Below, one piece after another: positions 63,301-64,000 of a DNA stretch of 64,000 nucleotides. How positions within the stretch are numbered: position 1 is the first letter of the stretch; every line of letters starts with the position of its first letter. The translations under genes were made by a program, and so were the position numbers. The notes under the pieces were generated by a model. That model saw only the letters and a list, made by a program, of their open reading frames with translations. It did no database searches and was not told where the DNA came from. The DNA lies in assembly GCA_905178155.1 (NCBI GenBank), contig CAJINV010000005.1, positions 2,817,804-2,881,803 of the forward strand, in the 5' to 3' direction. Source of the stretch: Amoebophrya sp. A120. Its lineage: Eukaryota; Protista; Dinoflagellata.

Positions 63301-63700
63301 AGGCCGCCGCAGCTGTGACCGGTGATAAACAGCCAGACGGTGTTCTCGAGCTGGGCCTGGAATTCCGCCACGTGGATCTGCAACAGCCTCCCGTCTATCA
63401 AATGTAAAAATGTCTGGGTCTGGAAGAATGCAAGTTTGTCATGCTTGTCTGGCATGACTCTTAAATCTGTCATGCACATTACCAAAGAGCCCCACTTTTG
63501 TGTCATGCAGAAACGTAGTTTGTCATGCAGAATAGGCAACACCTAGAAGCTCAGAAACTTGTCATGCTGAGCCAGCAATTGTGGCCTCCTCATGATACGC
63601 CACACAGCATCACAAGTTTCCAGACCCAGACATTTTTACATTTGGTACCGTCGGCGGGTTGCTCCTCCAACTGGTCGCGGATCTGCGGCATTTCGGTCGT
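60320..63700 (-). CDS. Condensation-domain-like (NRPS C domain / CoA-dependent acyltransferase fold) protein, 5'-partial
   Basis: MYHSVGDAFTYYPLVNDLLALYSG resembles HHxxxDG...LY, and DAVGLFVDWRDL resembles the vGxFvn motif. Approximate exons: 63700-63648, 63390-62034, 61759-61678, 61478-61473, 61318-61265, 60942-60320. Confidence 0.72.
60948..61264. mobile_element. Introner (another family)
   Basis: Ends taccactgtgaaaaatgcc...ggcatctttcattgtgata; DR tgaag/agaag; join SATF|ISVLL. Confidence 0.82.
61324..61472. mobile_element. Introner, family B
   Basis: Ends tatgaactgcaaaagtatcgc...gatacttttgcacaggata; DR agaga. Reverse-complement homologue of 20492-20640. Confidence 0.93.
61479..61677 (-). 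other. GT-AG intron
   Basis: gttg|GTATAAG...TTCCAG|gtctc gives DAVGLF. Confidence 0.65.
61765..62033. mobile_element. Introner, family A (diverged)
   Basis: Ends tatgcattgcaaatatgtctggctctggag...cttccagacccagaaacgtttgcatttcata; DR ttcgg/ttcag; join MMAE|ARASR. Confidence 0.88.
63396..63647. mobile_element. Introner, family A
   Basis: TIR present; DR ccgtc; join QPADG|RLLQ. Confidence 0.93.
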
Positions 63701-64000
63701 TATGCTGTGCAAAAGTATCGCACTCGTATAAATGCAGGTCTTGCATTACAAACAAGGTCCGAGCACGGGGACAGAGTCCCCGTGCGGCGACCTTCCGGCA
63801 TTTGTCTGGGACGAGTTCGGGGGTTGTGGTGGCTGGCACAGGGCGGGCAGGCCCCTGCAGCTCGGTGCCTCTGTGTGCCCTGCGCTCCCTGATCCGCGAC
63901 AGACCTACGGACGGAGCTCCTCAGCTTGCCCACACTAGATCCGCTGGCCCACCGCGAACAGTGAAACAAAGAGAAAAGAAAGGAAGAAGCTGGCGCCGGG
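63701..64000. mobile_element. Family B introner start, interrupted at ~63753 by unrelated GC-rich sequence; runs off the window
   Basis: tatgctgtgcaaaagtatcgcactcgtataaatgcaggtcttgcattacaaa, then homology to family B stops. Confidence 0.75.

Noticed and set aside
1-64000. rRNA, tRNA or dinoflagellate spliced-leader sequences
   Set aside because: None recognised by eye. A covariance-model scan would be needed to exclude them.

Overview
This is eukaryotic (protist) genomic DNA. Its architecture matches what is reported for the parasitic dinoflagellate Amoebophrya; that assignment is an inference from structure, not from a database match. Six host genes can be reconstructed: a CAMK-like kinase, an O-fucosyltransferase-like protein, a J-domain protein, an unknown protein, an Orai-like 4-TM protein and a condensation-domain protein. 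Five of these, plus two element-borne genes, are interrupted by about 22 'introner' elements of mostly 110-330 bp, typically TA...TA ends with terminal inverted repeats (TIRs) and 5-bp direct repeats (DRs). For each complete element, removing it plus one DR restores the reading frame. The standout is a 12.3-kb TIR element (26522-38803, CATTCAG target duplication). It encodes an apparently intact ~1,450-aa hAT-like DDE transposase, visible only after its own introners are spliced out, plus a ~650-aa unknown protein. Non-coding 1.2-kb and 3.8-kb elements share its end geometry (TTA-N10-RCCCG). Three separate loci show insertions flanked by unusually long (32-68 bp) direct repeats, one of them a 3.6-kb nested insertion inside the kinase domain. 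The 7.19-kb tandem duplication around the single N at 10405 is most likely an assembly artefact. Coordinates and splice junctions were read by eye and need RNA-seq confirmation.
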